Source of the DNA: Xylographa opegraphella
Taxonomy: Eukaryota
Length of the DNA stretch: 64,000 nt
NCBI GenBank assembly: GCA_022813865.1
Contig: JALDZX010000001.1
Span: 434,001-498,000, forward strand
Reading direction: 5' to 3'
The notes beneath the pieces are model-generated. The model saw only the letters and a list, made by a program, of their open reading frames with translations, searched no databases and was not told the DNA's origin. The position numbers were made by a program, and so were the translations under genes. Shown here piece by piece: positions 38,128 to 51,400 of this stretch. How positions within the stretch are numbered: the first letter of the stretch is position 1; each line of letters opens with the position of its first letter.

Positions 38128-39689
38128 GGGGTGCTTCCGCATCAGGTGGTGTAGTCTTGTTAGATATGAGAGCTGATGGAAGGATACCAACGATTCATAG
38201 CAGCAGCGGATTGTCTTTCCTGCCCTCGGTCTTCCCAGCTGAGAGTATTACGCACCATCCTTTTCTTCGTCGCTTTGCTCGGGACAGCTTCCAGATGCAG
38301 CTATATGGTTCTCTGACGACTGCAGGTAACAAGCGTACGCAGCAATGTGACAGCTGAAAACAACAGGGCGAGCTGTCGGCCCGACAAACAGTTATGTCGT
38401 CTCGAACTCCAAGAATCGAGCAAGCCACAACTCAAGTCCTCAAGTCCAGCAAAAGACTTGGAAATTACTACACTATATTCATATTCACATGACATAACTC
38501 GTGCGGGAATTTGGGTGGTATGGAATCTCGTTGCCACAGTATCGATGATCTTCTTCCACCGCCACATATTCACCCAGCGAATGCATCTGATTCTAAACAA
38601 CGGACCGCGCCTATGTCAATCAGGCTCTCTACCTTAATGGACTTCTCGGCGACTTGAGAAAGGCCTCTCTTCCTTCGAGATGTCTGACCAGTAGTGGGAC
38701 GACTTATTGCAATCCTGGAGTCCGTATCTGCTCCAGCTCTCTTGCATTGTCCAAGCACTTCCTTACGCATTGAGAAATGCCGTGAGATAGATCGTATGAG
38801 TAGGAGAAACGGAAATCACGCCGTCGGGAATCGTACGGGACCTAAATGTACGATGATGAGAGTACAACAATAACAGTGATACCAGTACAAATGTTTTACT
38901 TGTTCAGCTCTCGAGACATTTTAGAGCACCACACTACACTATGCTGCCTGCTGCTTCAGAATCTTTACAAAATCTATTATCTCCAGATATATCGATTCTT
39001 TTCTCGTATTTGTTAGATGTGTTGCTGCCACCCTTTTGAAGCTGACAACCTCCATCCGTTCTCCTTAGTTTGAGTACTGCTTCTTTGAAGGGTCGCTATA
39101 ATAGGATGCCGCTTATTCCCACACTGCTCTGATCTCCCAACCACAATTACTATGACCAGGAGCAGTGCTAGCCCTACATCTATCATTGTGATCTGTGACG
39201 TCAATTGCTCTGCTTGCTTGTGGAGGAGCGGCCCAACAGGCGTACCAGCGAAGCCACCAATAAAAACCCGAAGCATCAAAGAACCCTCCGCTCCTCTGCC
39301 ATTGCAACGAACGGGTCCAAGAGCCGCACTTACTCATCTGGGATTGGTAAATCTTGCTCGAGCCCCGAGTGGCACGGCCGCGAGTCTGTGGTTTGCGTTA
39401 TATCCTCTTGCGCACTTTCGTCAAAACCGGGTTGTGTCTCGACGAGCAAATTTCAATATGGAGACCATGGATACCTCAATTTGGCTTAGCAATAATGCCT
39501 TACGAACACGGTCAATTTGAAGCTGTGATGCACGTTTCGTATAGCCTAAGTTGCTGATATACTTCTACAGGTTGGGTTTTATCTCGTCTTCTCTATACAT
39601 GCCATCGAATCAGTATCTGGGGACCTGCCAGAGACAAATTAGATCTTGTGTACCTATCTTGAGCGGCGCGTCTTGTCCAGACTTCGGGC

Positions 39690-40330
39690 TCAACGTTCAA
39701 GCCCAATCTCATTCATATGTTTCCCAATGCCCCCCCTCCACAGCTCGACGCGGTGCTTAGCAAAGCTCACCGCTGCCTCCTTCACAGGCTTTCCATCCTC
39801 GCCGTTTCGGCAAGCATAGCCATGGTATCATCCATATACTCCTTGAGCGGTATGTGCTGCGGACGTGATGAGTTCTTGGCCGCTTTGGCAAAACCGGTGT
39901 AGACGAACGGCGGAACCACTTCCACGATACTCTCCTGAAGTTGATCCTAATGTTCTGGACGTCGGCTTGTTGATCTGCTGGCGTAAGCTGAGCGCCAGGC
40001 TATGGATCAAGGCTTTGGTGCCACTGTGGACGGGCACGGAGCCAATGGGAACATATCCGAGGCCGGAGCTCATTAGGAAGAATATCGCCGTCTGGCCCTT
40101 TGCAGTAATGGCGGCGAGATGCATGTGAGCAGGATCTGCGCCGTCACTGTGGTGTTGCATATATCACTAGTGCTCGACTCTGTTGAGGAGGACGCGTCGA
40201 GGTAGTTGAGCATCGATCCAATCCCGCGAAGACGCTGTCGATGTGGATTTCCAGTGAGGATCTGCCCTGTGTGGGATGATAGAGTCGGGAATCCGGTGAT
40301 GTCTCATTGGTAGGTTTCGACGTTGGTCAG
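39690..40330 (-). pseudogene. Short-chain dehydrogenase/reductase relic (DltE-like)
   Basis: Fragments in different frames: FFLMSSGLGYVPIGSVPVHSGTKALIHSLALSLRQQI, SIVEVVPPFVYTGF...IPLKEYMDDTM, and KEAAVSFAKHRVELWRGALG. The catalytic YxxxK reads HSGTK; stops and frameshifts are present. Confidence 0.75.
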
Positions 40331-41379
40331 CGGTGGGCTTTGGAGGGTTTAATGGACTATGAGAGCTTGCTGGTCTCGCTGGTGTAGGATCAAGTAGATC
40401 AACAATGAATCAATTGAGGCTAGGTAGGGTGTATTGAGGGACCTCGTCCGAGATGGATGGATAGGTAATTTTCATTAATCGATGCTAGATTGCTGGGCTG
40501 TTCAAATAGTATGGGAGAACCGAACAGGTGCTGTAGTGAGAAGATATGGAAAGAAGTAGAGTGGACAATGACATTTGAGTGAAAGGATCTCGTGACTGGC
40601 TACCTACATAGATGCTGCTGCAAATGCAAATCAGGATGGCTCAGTAGTCCGCAATGCCGATTTTAATTGAAGCCTCCGTATGGGAACAGGTCATTCTTCC
40701 AGGGAAAAAAAAGCCAGTAATGATGGATGTTCATCCAGTGCCTCTATTCTAAGGAATCAGTTACGGTCAAACCACGAGAGACTGAAGATAGAGACGGAAA
40801 TTGGAAAGCAAGAATCTTGTAAGTCAATGTATATCAGTAATTGACCGGGAAGTACCAGGTGATCCAGCGCGAGGCGGCCTCTCGCTCAATATGCAGCGTT
40901 GTGGAAAGCCAAGACCCCCCTGGAGCTAAATTTGAATAGGAAATTAAGTACTGATCGGAGCGGATTATCTGCCCACTAGCGGCCGAAGTTCAATTTGGAC
41001 CCCCTCATCCTTAGAGCAGCTACGCTGCAATCAACATGAACGAGAGTCCCTTTGTAGCAGCGAATCATTCACTTTGCGTGGTAGCTTGTGATGTTCCGCC
41101 GATGACCGTACGCCCTGGATCTGGTAGAATCCAGTATAATCCGGAGTGAAATTTAGCAAAAATCTGCAAGACTTACATACAAAGGACTTAGGAGAGGTTG
41201 GTAGCTGAAGAGGTTGTGCCCGGCTTCTCTAGAAATGTCGTCCACAAACATAGATATATGTCATTAACAGACGAGGACATTCTTTAGTACTTCGGCTTGC
41301 GTATCGAGCATGCACGATGGCCTAGAATCCACACCCTGATCTTTACTGCCGCGCAGGCCTTCCATGGCTGAGGTACAGA

Positions 41380-41955
41380 TTATGCCCTTGGATCCACATA
41401 CTCGTCAATATCCCACACCTTCTCAGCAACCTCGATGAGCTCATCCCTCGCCCCAGCCCAGACATACACCTCGGCACCCACCACAACTCTCTTCTTTTCA
41501 ACACTCCCATCTTTGCTCGCACCCAGCTCATCATCCACCTCAACCCATACCTCCACAGGCATCAGATTGTACAATCCACCCTCGTAAGCATCTAGATATT
41601 TCCGCTGGGCGTCGGTAAGGTCGAAAATAAGTAGACCATCGACCTCCGTCATTGGGTCACCCGTGTCCACGGCCCCGGATTTCACGACAGCAGGAAAGGA
41701 AGCACCCCTGACAGCGAGGCGCTCGTAATCGTAAAGTTTAGCGGGTGTCATGGTGGATGCAATATGGTCGGCTGAGTTCCGGTCACGTATGATAAATGCG
41801 ATTTTCGAGGGGAACATCAGCGACCCGTAGACGAAAAGAGGTTTTTTGTTTTCCTCCGTGAGATCCGTTAGTTGTGTGGAAGAAAAGCGATTAGCTAGCG
41901 CTTTGAGGTATGTGGCTGGTAGTTGTGACACAAGTGAAGCTTGAAGAGCGGCCAT
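41380..41955 (-). CDS. Gamma-glutamylcyclotransferase / AIG2-like protein
   Basis: PLFVYGSLM, FPAVV, VDGLLI, LDAYEGGLY and AEVYVW motifs. Confidence 0.88.
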   Translation of the reverse strand: MAALQASLVSQLPATYLKALANRFSSTQLTDLTEENKKPLFVYGSLMFPSKIAFIIRDRNSADHIASTMTPAKLYDYERLAVRGASFPAVVKSGAVDTGDPMTEVDGLLIFDLTDAQRKYLDAYEGGLYNLMPVEVWVEVDDELGASKDGSVEKKRVVVGAEVYVWAGARDELIEVAEKVWDIDEYVDPRA

Positions 41956-42192
41956 CGTGCACACGCTATATCAGCAGTGAACTGCACGAAACTGGGATTT
42001 TGAGGATGTTTCCTGCAAGATAGTCTGTCTGATATTGAAGTGTTTGAAATATCCGTTCGGATTCCCTTGGATCTTGGTATTCTTTGTTTATGGATTGATG
42101 GAAAGTTAAACCGGGCTGTAATCTTCCAGGCAACAAAGCTTTCAGCACGTTTTATCGCTGTGTGACCCTTCCTGGTTGCGTCACCTCCGAAA

Positions 42193-43449
42193 TCAAAAGT
42201 CATCAATCGTAGTACCCATATCCCTATCCCGTGCCAGCGAAACCAGGTCCTCTCCAACACAGAGGTCCATGAGCCCCAAACCCACGCTCTTATAAATCAC
42301 ATTACCACTCTCCAGCCATCGTTTGAGTCCTTGCTCACCTTGCCCGCCCATCTCTATTTCTTTCAAGGCTGCCTTCCTCACCATCACAAGCTCTCCTACC
42401 TCTACTAGCTGTTCCGCTCCAATACCAGCTTGTATGATTTCTCCAGCTTCTTTCAGACAGGCCTCCAGGCTATCGACCACAACGACCCCGCCCTTTTCTG
42501 CATGCTTATGATGATGATGACGATGATCTGGTTCGACTGCTTGCTTCAACACATCTGGATGGCACTCGACCATATGCGGCTTGTAGCTTCCTATGAGGCT
42601 TACGTATCTGCCCTTCCTCCTCCCTTCACTACTCGTCAGATGCTCCGCCGGGAATAGCGGCGACGTAGCAGGAGTGCACATGAAAATGACATCTGCACTC
42701 CTCACATGTTCTTTCAGCAAACGAGCATAATCCCTGTACTCACCACTCATCACACTGAATCTCAATTTTTCATTCGCGTTTCTCAAGCTGGACCAATCTT
42801 TCGACGTATATATTTCACTCATCAACGGCTCAGTTGTAGTAAATGACCGATTGATAATGTTGATGTGATGGATCTCAGCGCCCCGTAGAATGAGAGCAAG
42901 ACGGATGTGCCAGTAGGCTTGCTTCCCAGCCCCGAAGACCGTGATTGAGTGGACTCTCTGGCGCTTGGAAAAGATCAGCGTAGACGCCAAAGCCGTACGG
43001 AACGCAGTGAGCTCCTCGGCATTGATGAATCCTAGAGGAATTCCTGCGCCGTCGAGTACGGTAAGAGAGCCTCGAGGTGTAGTGCTTTGTGAGCTGGTCA
43101 CAGAGGGTTTCACACTCGGCGCAGGACTACTGGGCGTGACACTGCTGACGCTGCCAGTCTCGGAAGCTGTGGAAGTTTTGGGTGCTGGAACAGACGCAAG
43201 TGTGACAATCTTGACGCCAGTAGTGGTGCCAGTTCGGGCGGGCATGAATAGGGTCGTTTGGTCATTTCCACTGGGTATCGAAATACGTTGAGGCTGGTTG
43301 GCGCTGCAGCATCCCGAGGTCTCTTGCGTACCGGTCGAGTAATCGTGTAATGCTTCCGCGAGATTGTGCTGTAGAGCGAGAATGTCTTCGCGATTCAGGG
43401 AATGTAATAGGGAGTGTACATCGCTGTCTGTCAATACTGTGAGAGGCAT
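42193..43449 (-). CDS. Ornithine cyclodeaminase / mu-crystallin family protein (PrnX-like)
   Basis: TTLFMPA, GVKIV, INAEELTAFRTALAS, VFGAGKQA, IGSYKPHM, VVVDS...EAGE and YKSVGLGLMDL. Confidence 0.9.
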   Translation of the reverse strand: MPLTVLTDSDVHSLLHSLNREDILALQHNLAEALHDYSTGTQETSGCCSANQPQRISIPSGNDQTTLFMPARTGTTTGVKIVTLASVPAPKTSTASETGSVSSVTPSSPAPSVKPSVTSSQSTTPRGSLTVLDGAGIPLGFINAEELTAFRTALASTLIFSKRQRVHSITVFGAGKQAYWHIRLALILRGAEIHHINIINRSFTTTEPLMSEIYTSKDWSSLRNANEKLRFSVMSGEYRDYARLLKEHVRSADVIFMCTPATSPLFPAEHLTSSEGRRKGRYVSLIGSYKPHMVECHPDVLKQAVEPDHRHHHHKHAEKGGVVVVDSLEACLKEAGEIIQAGIGAEQLVEVGELVMVRKAALKEIEMGGQGEQGLKRWLESGNVIYKSVGLGLMDLCVGEDLVSLARDRDMGTTIDDF

Positions 43450-43875
43450 TACTTCACGAAAAAGGTTGTGTTACAACGACATGAGATGTTGATTCGAATG
43501 TGGAAGCGTTTTCCCAGCAGTTTGACAGTCGAGCTATCTCCTCCGTACAGTATCTAGCCGTATTCGAAGCTGATATCTCAAGGTCTACTCCGTAGGTCTA
43601 TTGTCGATGGCAACAATCACGATGTCTACAGATAGCGCATCAAGATTTCCTTGGAAAGGACGTCTGTAGTTCTCCGTAATTGTATTGGGTGCCATTGTTG
43701 AGATCTGGAGACCTGGAGACCTCATTCTTTCCGTTTTGCAGATTCAGGTTTACGGGCAAGTATGCTAATATAAATACAAGCAACCCTCTCAACATATAGA
43801 GGTAGAATATTTAACAATGAATCGAAAATCAAAAACGATAGCATAGTCATCATTCGGTAAATCAGCTTGCTTAAC

Positions 43876-45519
43876 TTAATAAGCATCACCCCACATGTCC
43901 TTCTCCTGGATGACAGCATCCTCAAACGTGGCCACCCTTCTCCCTTCTTCCTTCTTCCGCCTTTTCCGCTCCTCTCTTGTAACTAGTCTACTCGGAGTCA
44001 TCGGAGTGAGCGGTGTAGATGGGAAATAGAATGGAGAGTATGGTGTCGACGGTACTCCTGTCCCTGGTGCACGGAGGAGATTAGGCTTGGTCTCGAGAAC
44101 TGTAGCCTTGATAGTCGATTGCGGCCGATGAAATCCCGGTGTCCCCAGGTTTCGTAGGGGAAGTGGAGCGGTACGCAATGGTAGCGTATTTTGAGAGTCT
44201 GAAGTGAAGTTCGTGCGGAGCGGTAGAGGGGCAGGTTTGCGCTGTGTTTTAGGCACAAGCTGGCGCTGGTGATATTGTTCTTCGGGCTCTTCCTCAAGTT
44301 GTCGAGGAAGACTTTCGACGCTCTCCTGTGTCATCACAAAGATTGGTATGTTTGGGGTCCGTGGCGATCGCGGCGATTGAAGGGGAGTGCCGGCAATAGA
44401 AGTGCGGGAAGAGCGGATGGAAGGGGTAAAGTGCTTCGAGAAATGCAGCCGCTTCGGGCTGATTACCTCATGCTGCCGCTCGGAGCCCACTGAGTTCTTT
44501 CTGTTCGGTGGCAGTGGAGGTGGGCCGGGATTATACTCTCGTGGAGTAAGTGGTTCCGCCTCGCTATACTCTCTCATATGGTCTTCACGAATCTCCGGAG
44601 ATCCCATTGGCGGCGAAATTGGTAGCGAAATGCTGAGGTTCCGAACGCTCTTCCTGCCGAAGCTGCCAAGTGAAGTACGCGAGGAGGTTCGGCTGTGTGA
44701 TGTTGGACTCGCAACCGAGATCGGAGCTGGCCGAATGGCCCGAGTTTGGCGTTGAGGTGATGCCGTAATGGTCCTCGCTGGCGATTTGGTGCTTGCTCGC
44801 GTTGGGGACAGCGGACTCATCGGCTCCGGTGGAATCGGCGGAGAATAAGGGGGAGATGCCGTCGTGCGTCGCAGGTGCTGAAGCTCTGGAGGATGCTGGG
44901 ACAGAGGTTGAGCATTTGTCAAAGATCTCGACTTCTTTTTCTCGTCGTGCTCCATTACTGCCGCATATAAACGAGCCATTTCTATCTCATTCTTCGATTT
45001 ATCCTCTTCGATCACGCTTTCGTTGAAAGTCACAACGCTACTCTGGACCGAATGCTGTTTCTGGTGTGTGTTTGCACCGGCCCATGCCTGACCGCGTGAG
45101 ATATCGGGACTGCTCCACATCTGCTTCGTATCTGCGGGGCTCACAGGACTTGGTCCCCAAGGATTCGTTTGTGACGGAGGTGCGGCCTTGACAGGTTTCA
45201 TCATTTCCATGGCCAATGTTCGAGGCGAGGTCTCAGCTGAACGCCGCAGCCGACGACCAACGGTAAAGACAGCCGACCCGATAACGATTATCGCGAGGAT
45301 GTACGCACCGAAGACAGCACCGAGTTCCAGCGGTAGGAAAGCTTTGTCGCGGATTGCAGAAGCAGATAGCGGCGGTCCGTCTTCTGGCGAAGGAGCCGGA
45401 CCTTCGTCAATATTGATCGCCCAAATGTTGACAGGTCGCGCAGAAGCAAGGTCAGACAAGAGAAGAAGGGCGAGCAATTGCAACCAAAGGCAAACAATTG
45501 TCGAGGAGGAGAGGGTCAT
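43876..45519 (-). CDS. Single-pass membrane protein with signal peptide and Pro/Ser-rich cytosolic tail, function unknown
   Basis: 547-aa ORF with a hydrophobic N-terminus, a TM segment (LGAVFGAYILAIIVIGSAVFTVG) followed by RRLRR, and a low-complexity tail. Confidence 0.8.
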   Translation of the reverse strand: MTLSSSTIVCLWLQLLALLLLSDLASARPVNIWAINIDEGPAPSPEDGPPLSASAIRDKAFLPLELGAVFGAYILAIIVIGSAVFTVGRRLRRSAETSPRTLAMEMMKPVKAAPPSQTNPWGPSPVSPADTKQMWSSPDISRGQAWAGANTHQKQHSVQSSVVTFNESVIEEDKSKNEIEMARLYAAVMEHDEKKKSRSLTNAQPLSQHPPELQHLRRTTASPPYSPPIPPEPMSPLSPTRASTKSPARTITASPQRQTRAIRPAPISVASPTSHSRTSSRTSLGSFGRKSVRNLSISLPISPPMGSPEIREDHMREYSEAEPLTPREYNPGPPPLPPNRKNSVGSERQHEVISPKRLHFSKHFTPSIRSSRTSIAGTPLQSPRSPRTPNIPIFVMTQESVESLPRQLEEEPEEQYHQRQLVPKTQRKPAPLPLRTNFTSDSQNTLPLRTAPLPLRNLGTPGFHRPQSTIKATVLETKPNLLRAPGTGVPSTPYSPFYFPSTPLTPMTPSRLVTREERKRRKKEEGRRVATFEDAVIQEKDMWGDAY

Positions 45520-48433
45520 GTTATACAGAGGCGGGAGTTACAGCAGATTGTCCCTGCTATTTCAGAAGCACAGCTGAGGCAAGTGCTCACAGCTCATACG
45601 TTCGGGTGGTGGTGAAGGAGCACATGGATCACAAAGGGGGTGTTTGAGCCTTTGAGGTGCAGCATTTCGGGGCGGCAGTCAGGATATAGGAAGACTGCAT
45701 TACCAGCATGTTGACTGCGAGGCGCGAGGACGAGACAGGAGAGACCGCACACGATTGGATGGCGGTGTGGATGGGGGCGGAAAGTGTGATGGGGGAGCGG
45801 GCGGTGTGCAGCAGGGGGGCGGGCGCTTAGAGAAACATCGAATGGCGGAGCGGGGCACACGACGCCAGTCTGCTCTCGGACTGGCGGCATGCAGGCTGCG
45901 GGACGAGGCTTGCCATGGATGGAGCCGAGCGAGCTCTCGGCACACAATGACAAGGGGGCTTCCTGCTGTTAGTGGTGGCTGATGGAACGGCAGCAAGCTC
46001 GTAGCTCTATCACATATTTCTTGTCACACACGTTCACGCACTGCATCAAGGTAGTCTGCCTCGATCGGGAAACCATCTTACTGACACTCGAAGCACGACT
46101 GCAGCAGCTGTAACCGTGGCAAGCATCCATCTCGCCTCTCCGAGCCCTCCTTGTTACCGCCTTCCATGATCCTATATCACCACTTCAATTCCGCTAGTCT
46201 AATACCGAGTATCCTTCTGCCCTGGGAGGAGTCGAGGCCCAGATTATGCATGTCAGCCGGTTGAGCGCTAATCCGGTAATGCCTTGTTCTCATTTGTATC
46301 AGTGCTTGAAGTGCTGTCCTCGCGCTCAGGATTCTTTCCAGATAAGGTATTTTCGGATGGTAGGTACCCAGAGATGGGTCGAGAACATCGATAGGTATTG
46401 CTACTGGGAGATTCTTTCGGATCGTATCGAGTTATCCTTTATGCGTGGCGTGTCCATCGGCTCCAGCTTTTGCGATATCTTTCTCGCTGATGATTTCGTC
46501 ACTGCCTCCGCTAATTCGGCTTCTGCCTGCGCCCGATAGTCTACTGCTACTTGCTATGCTGCTGCTTCCTTCCCCGTTACCGGTAACGTCGCTATTCATC
46601 ATGCTGTGTCGACTGAGCTCGTCGGCTTTTTCCACCTCGATAGAATCAACAACTAGAAAATGTCTAGAGACAAGGCTGTTCATGGGAATAGCGTGAGGGG
46701 AGAGACCATATGATACAGATACAAGCCGTTCACGGCTCATATACTTGTTCTATTTCTGCTTTAAAATAGATGTGTCGTGCATCTCGTCCGAAGCTCTCCT
46801 TTTCTCTCTCCTAGCGTTTCTCAACATAGAGACGTATCTCGGCCTGACAGGTTATCTTCGTCTTCTACAAACACAGCTCACAAGAACGTGACATATTGGT
46901 AGTACTGTCTCATCGGGTCACTCTGGAAGGCCGACGCGAAGATCTTTGCCCCAAGCCAGAAGAGATACCGCCCAGATATCCGCAGAGGCCAAAGTCGCGC
47001 TGGCAAAGATTCATTCTGCCCATGGCGGAGCCCAAAGCCTAGACTTCCAGTCGTCTCCAGAACAAAACATCACTCCTGCCACGCCAAGTGCATGAAGTGC
47101 CGCCAATACGATCACAGATGCTGTGAGCGGTTGGATGCCGAATATGCTGTGGTATACAGAGCAAGAGAATGTAGATGCAAGAAGCGGGGCGAGCATGCCT
47201 TTCATAATGTGAGAACCCTTCAGTGCACAAATGGTCTGTTACTTTATGAGCCTCTTCCTGCCTTTGGTGGCTACGTTTAGTTCTGAAGGTAGGCGCAACA
47301 CTCTTGCCTATAGGAAGAAATCCCGTCGCTCAGATGTCATGTCACTTGATACCCTCAGACTAGGTGTGTACACATCATCAATTTCTTTACGATCATGACT
47401 TCTACAGGACATGATTTTCCCAATTGAGGTGATGGTTTGCGGGTCCTTAGTTAGGTACTGGTCAATACAGAGCCACCATTCTTATACCGCAGTTCCGCAA
47501 GTGTCTGTAGTCTCTGTGTGGCGCTTCGCCAACTCATAGCTTACAGATTTTGCTGTGATCGTGGGAACCCTCCGAACAATCTCAGACAGAGTATTAGCGG
47601 AAACATGATTGAGTCAAGATGTTCTGCTTGTTTCGATCCTCAGTGCCGTGCTCAGGACACCAGCAGGCAATTCAGGATATCACAGATGACGTAGTATAGG
47701 AAAGCATGCTACATTCCCACCACGCACCTTCCAGGCTTCCGAACAGTCCGTCATCATCCTCTCCTGCTCTTCCTTAGCCTTCGCCGTCAGCTAGCCACAT
47801 CCACAACCACGAAGCTTCGAAGCCCCGTATACGAAGGCTCCGCCAACAGCCGCTTGGACCAGCAACAAGGCCGCGGATGGCGAAGCGCGTGCCGCTTCTA
47901 CGTGCTCCGAGTGATTGTTTCCTGCGTATCTGCTCGTGGGCCTTATCAAGAAAACCGCGCTTTCTGTATCAGCGGGAGTGGAGCTAGGAAGGATCGCAGG
48001 GGAGGGTGAGGCTGTTCATGGTGGTGGAGTGGACGGGGGGGGCCCGCTGCTCGAATACATGGATATTGGACAGGTGGCTGAAGGGAGGGCAGGAGCAAGT
48101 CACAGCGGGAGCGTGGTGCTGATTGTCAGGTGCGGGCTTACACGGGAGGAGTCGCATGGCTGCCGGTCGGAAGGAGTAGGGGAGGAGCGAACCTCAAGAG
48201 ACTGGTCTATCTGGCAGGCGTGGGACGTATCAACGATACTCTATTCCTCACGATAGAAAATGGTATGTCGAACGAGGTACAACCATGCGTAAGCTGCCAC
48301 TCTGGAATGGCTCATCTCATTGGGTATTTGTATATAACGCTGCAACACCACGACTACTGTGACAAAAACCCACCCAATGCGCGTTGCTCTGCCGGGCCGA
48401 AGTGTATCAACACCGATCAAGATCCTACGAACA

Positions 48434-51400
48434 TCACCGCCTGAACGCGCTCGCCACGTCCTCCTTCTTGAACTCAATCTCCAAGCCTCCCTCATACACC
48501 TCGGCCACTATCCTGCCCGTCCGGTCATGGACACTGACATAGCGCTCCTCACACTCGCGCAGCACCGTCTGCACGAGGTTGCGGCTCAGATTGGGATCGT
48601 CGGCGTCCCCGAAATGCTTTTCCACCCGCTTCTTCAGCGTGTCGATGCCGCGCCGGATTTCCTTGGCGTCAAAGGTCGATAGGAGTTTCTTAAACGTCGA
48701 GCGCGAGTGCGAGGCCCGCGTGGCGATAGAGGTGGGGCCGTCCGTAGCATTCGCCAGCAGCGATTCCGTCGACTCCAAAAAATCGAGCAATTTGCCCAAG
48801 GGCCGCCGGATGACGGCGCTGAGATACAGATCCATGTGCTCCGCCATCTCGTGGATGGCGCGGTCTCTCCAGCTGCCAAGGACGGAGTTGCCACGCACGT
48901 CGACCTCTTCGAAGTAGTGGTTCATGTTCTCGATAAGCAGAATGTGATAGTTCAAGATCTCTTTGTCTTCCGCGTCACCGACCAGTTGGCCTTGCGGCTT
49001 CTGGGCGGTCATGACGACGGGGCTTTCCTTGGCAATAAATTTCAGACTCTCAAACATTGTCTTATTTATTTTAGTATAGACGTCGTTGACGAGGTGACGG
49101 ACATCGTAGGTATCGGCACGTGGAGTTGGCAGCATGATTTCGAGGGAGGCGGAAAAGTAGGGGAATGTTTTGACAAAAGCGATGACCCCTTTGCGCTTTT
49201 TGATCTTGACTTTTGTGTCTTCGATGCCGCGGATTTGTTCGTCGATGAAGCGTTCGAAGCGGATGGTGAGGCGGCTGTGAAGCTTCGAAAGAGTCTGTAT
49301 CAGAAATTCCTGGTTGGTCTCTTCGAGTTCAGAAAGCTTGGACTCGATGGCGAATATCAAACCGACGATTTGCCTGGACAAACGTTAGAAAGCAACATAT
49401 ATAATCTAATAGTTTTTGGAACTGACAGAGTATCTTGCTTGACAACCCAGTCCACAAGGTTTTGCATCTCCGACGGCCAAAAGGAGAACACATCATCCAT
49501 CATATTTTGAACTCGTTTTGCCATACTACGATCGGGATCGAAGAGCTTGCGTTCTCCGAGATTGCTGCCCAATCTCTTTTCTGGGGAGGACGTAGCGACG
49601 ACGTCAGGGAACTCGACATTCTCTAGCGAAGAGACGTGGAAAAGGTCAACCACGAAGTTCTGCTCCACAAAGATTGCTTGTGACATATCAAACAGAGCTC
49701 CGGCGAACGCTTCAAAGCCGTTAATTCGGCCATCTTGTAGCTTTTCGTTACTCGAATTACGGCTGCCCTCTCGTATAGTTTTAGTTCGTTTCACAGTAAG
49801 CTTACGGGCCACGATGTTGTCACTCTCTTTCTCCTGAATGGTGAAGAGATACTCTTGCTCTTCACCTGTCGGTTTTCGAGCTATACGCTTCCAGGCGGTG
49901 ATGTTCTCTTTAAATTCTTCCTGGTAAGGCCTCTTCGCCGTTCCCTCGTAGATCCGTAGGATCTCTTCCCACTCGAAAACTTCCATCTCACGTGCAAACA
50001 GCATCAATGGCGAATAAATCCAGAGACCTGCCCTCGATGCGTCTCGTCTTCTGAGATCAAGCTTAGAAGAACTATTGAGAAGAGTACCATGGCGGTTCTT
50101 CTCTATCGCTGTGCTTGTCTCGGCTTCCGCTTCTAGAAATTTGGCGGACATCTGCTGCTTAAACCGTTGAACGAATTCGACGCTCTCTATTCGGTATCTG
50201 TCCTTCTTTTCCTGTACAGCTCGCATTGTACTGACTTCATTTCCAACCTTGTCTATAGCGGAGCTTGGGTCCGCCAGTGAATGTCCATTGGCAGAACTTG
50301 GACGAGAATTTGTCTGACGAAGTCCAGGATCTATGGTGACCATTGCCTTATATAGTGATATAAGCGCATTTTCAACGTCTTGTACGCCTTGTGGCGACGT
50401 TAGAGAAGCTTCCTTAAGAACTTTGAGCTGTGATGACGATATCGTAATGGTTTCAAGAAGAGTCTTGAGCTCGCCATACAGAAGTCTTTGATTTGCGGTC
50501 TGTACTTGCAATCCTTGCGATTGTGCTTCAATATACGCAATATCTTCACTAAGAGTCTGCGAATCATTAGCGCAATAGAGAGGATTCGTTCCAAAACCAA
50601 ACGTACTCCTAGCTCGACATTGTATAGAGTCAGCAAACCATCAAGCTCCTCACATTCCGCGATCGCCTTATCTAGCATGTTGCTAACCACAGTCACTCGC
50701 TCGTCAGTGTGCTCGAGACTCCCAAGCCAACTTCCAGTCTCAATTTTAGCCATATCTCGTTTGATAGCATTTTGAAGATTATCGTAGGTTGTTCTCACTA
50801 CCTCACCGTCCCCCCAACCGAAATCAGTCAATATGGATTCAATATCAGTTGTCCGGTCTTCAAGTAGATTGTGATCAATTCCGAGAGCTTTGGCGTATTT
50901 CGCCGAGTGATTCGATCGCCGCTTTCGCCGCCCGTCTGCTTGACTTGAAGTAGAAGATGGATTTCTTTCCGGTGAAGGACTTGGCATCTTTACTGTATGT
51001 TCAGCCAAAGTTTTGGTGTCAGCTACTGCAGAAACTGGGGAAGGGGTCACTGTAACGTTGGGGACGACTTCAGATAAATTGGGAGTTAGCGGACGGCTTA
51101 GAGGTGCCGGCAAAGTTGCTGGAATGTTTAATTTATCTTGACTGGTGTCTCGTAAAAGTGACGGGGCAGGAAAAACGCCGTTGATCCCATCGGGTGTATT
51201 GGGGGTTTTTGGAGATTCATCTTTGACCCTTTCGGCAGCACCTCCTAGGCGTGGCTTAAAAGCATTGTGTGTTAGGGCAGCTTTCCGGAAAACGTTCGCA
51301 ATTTCTTTCGTTGATTTCTTCTTTATCATCGGGCCTAAGCCAGGACGATGAATCTCCTCAGATGGCAACTCCGGGGATGTTGGCGTAGCCGGAGAGGAAA

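Noticed and set aside
36408..43449. Secondary-metabolite gene cluster around the P450
   Set aside because: No PKS, NRPS, terpene synthase or transporter nearby, and the flanking genes are housekeeping.
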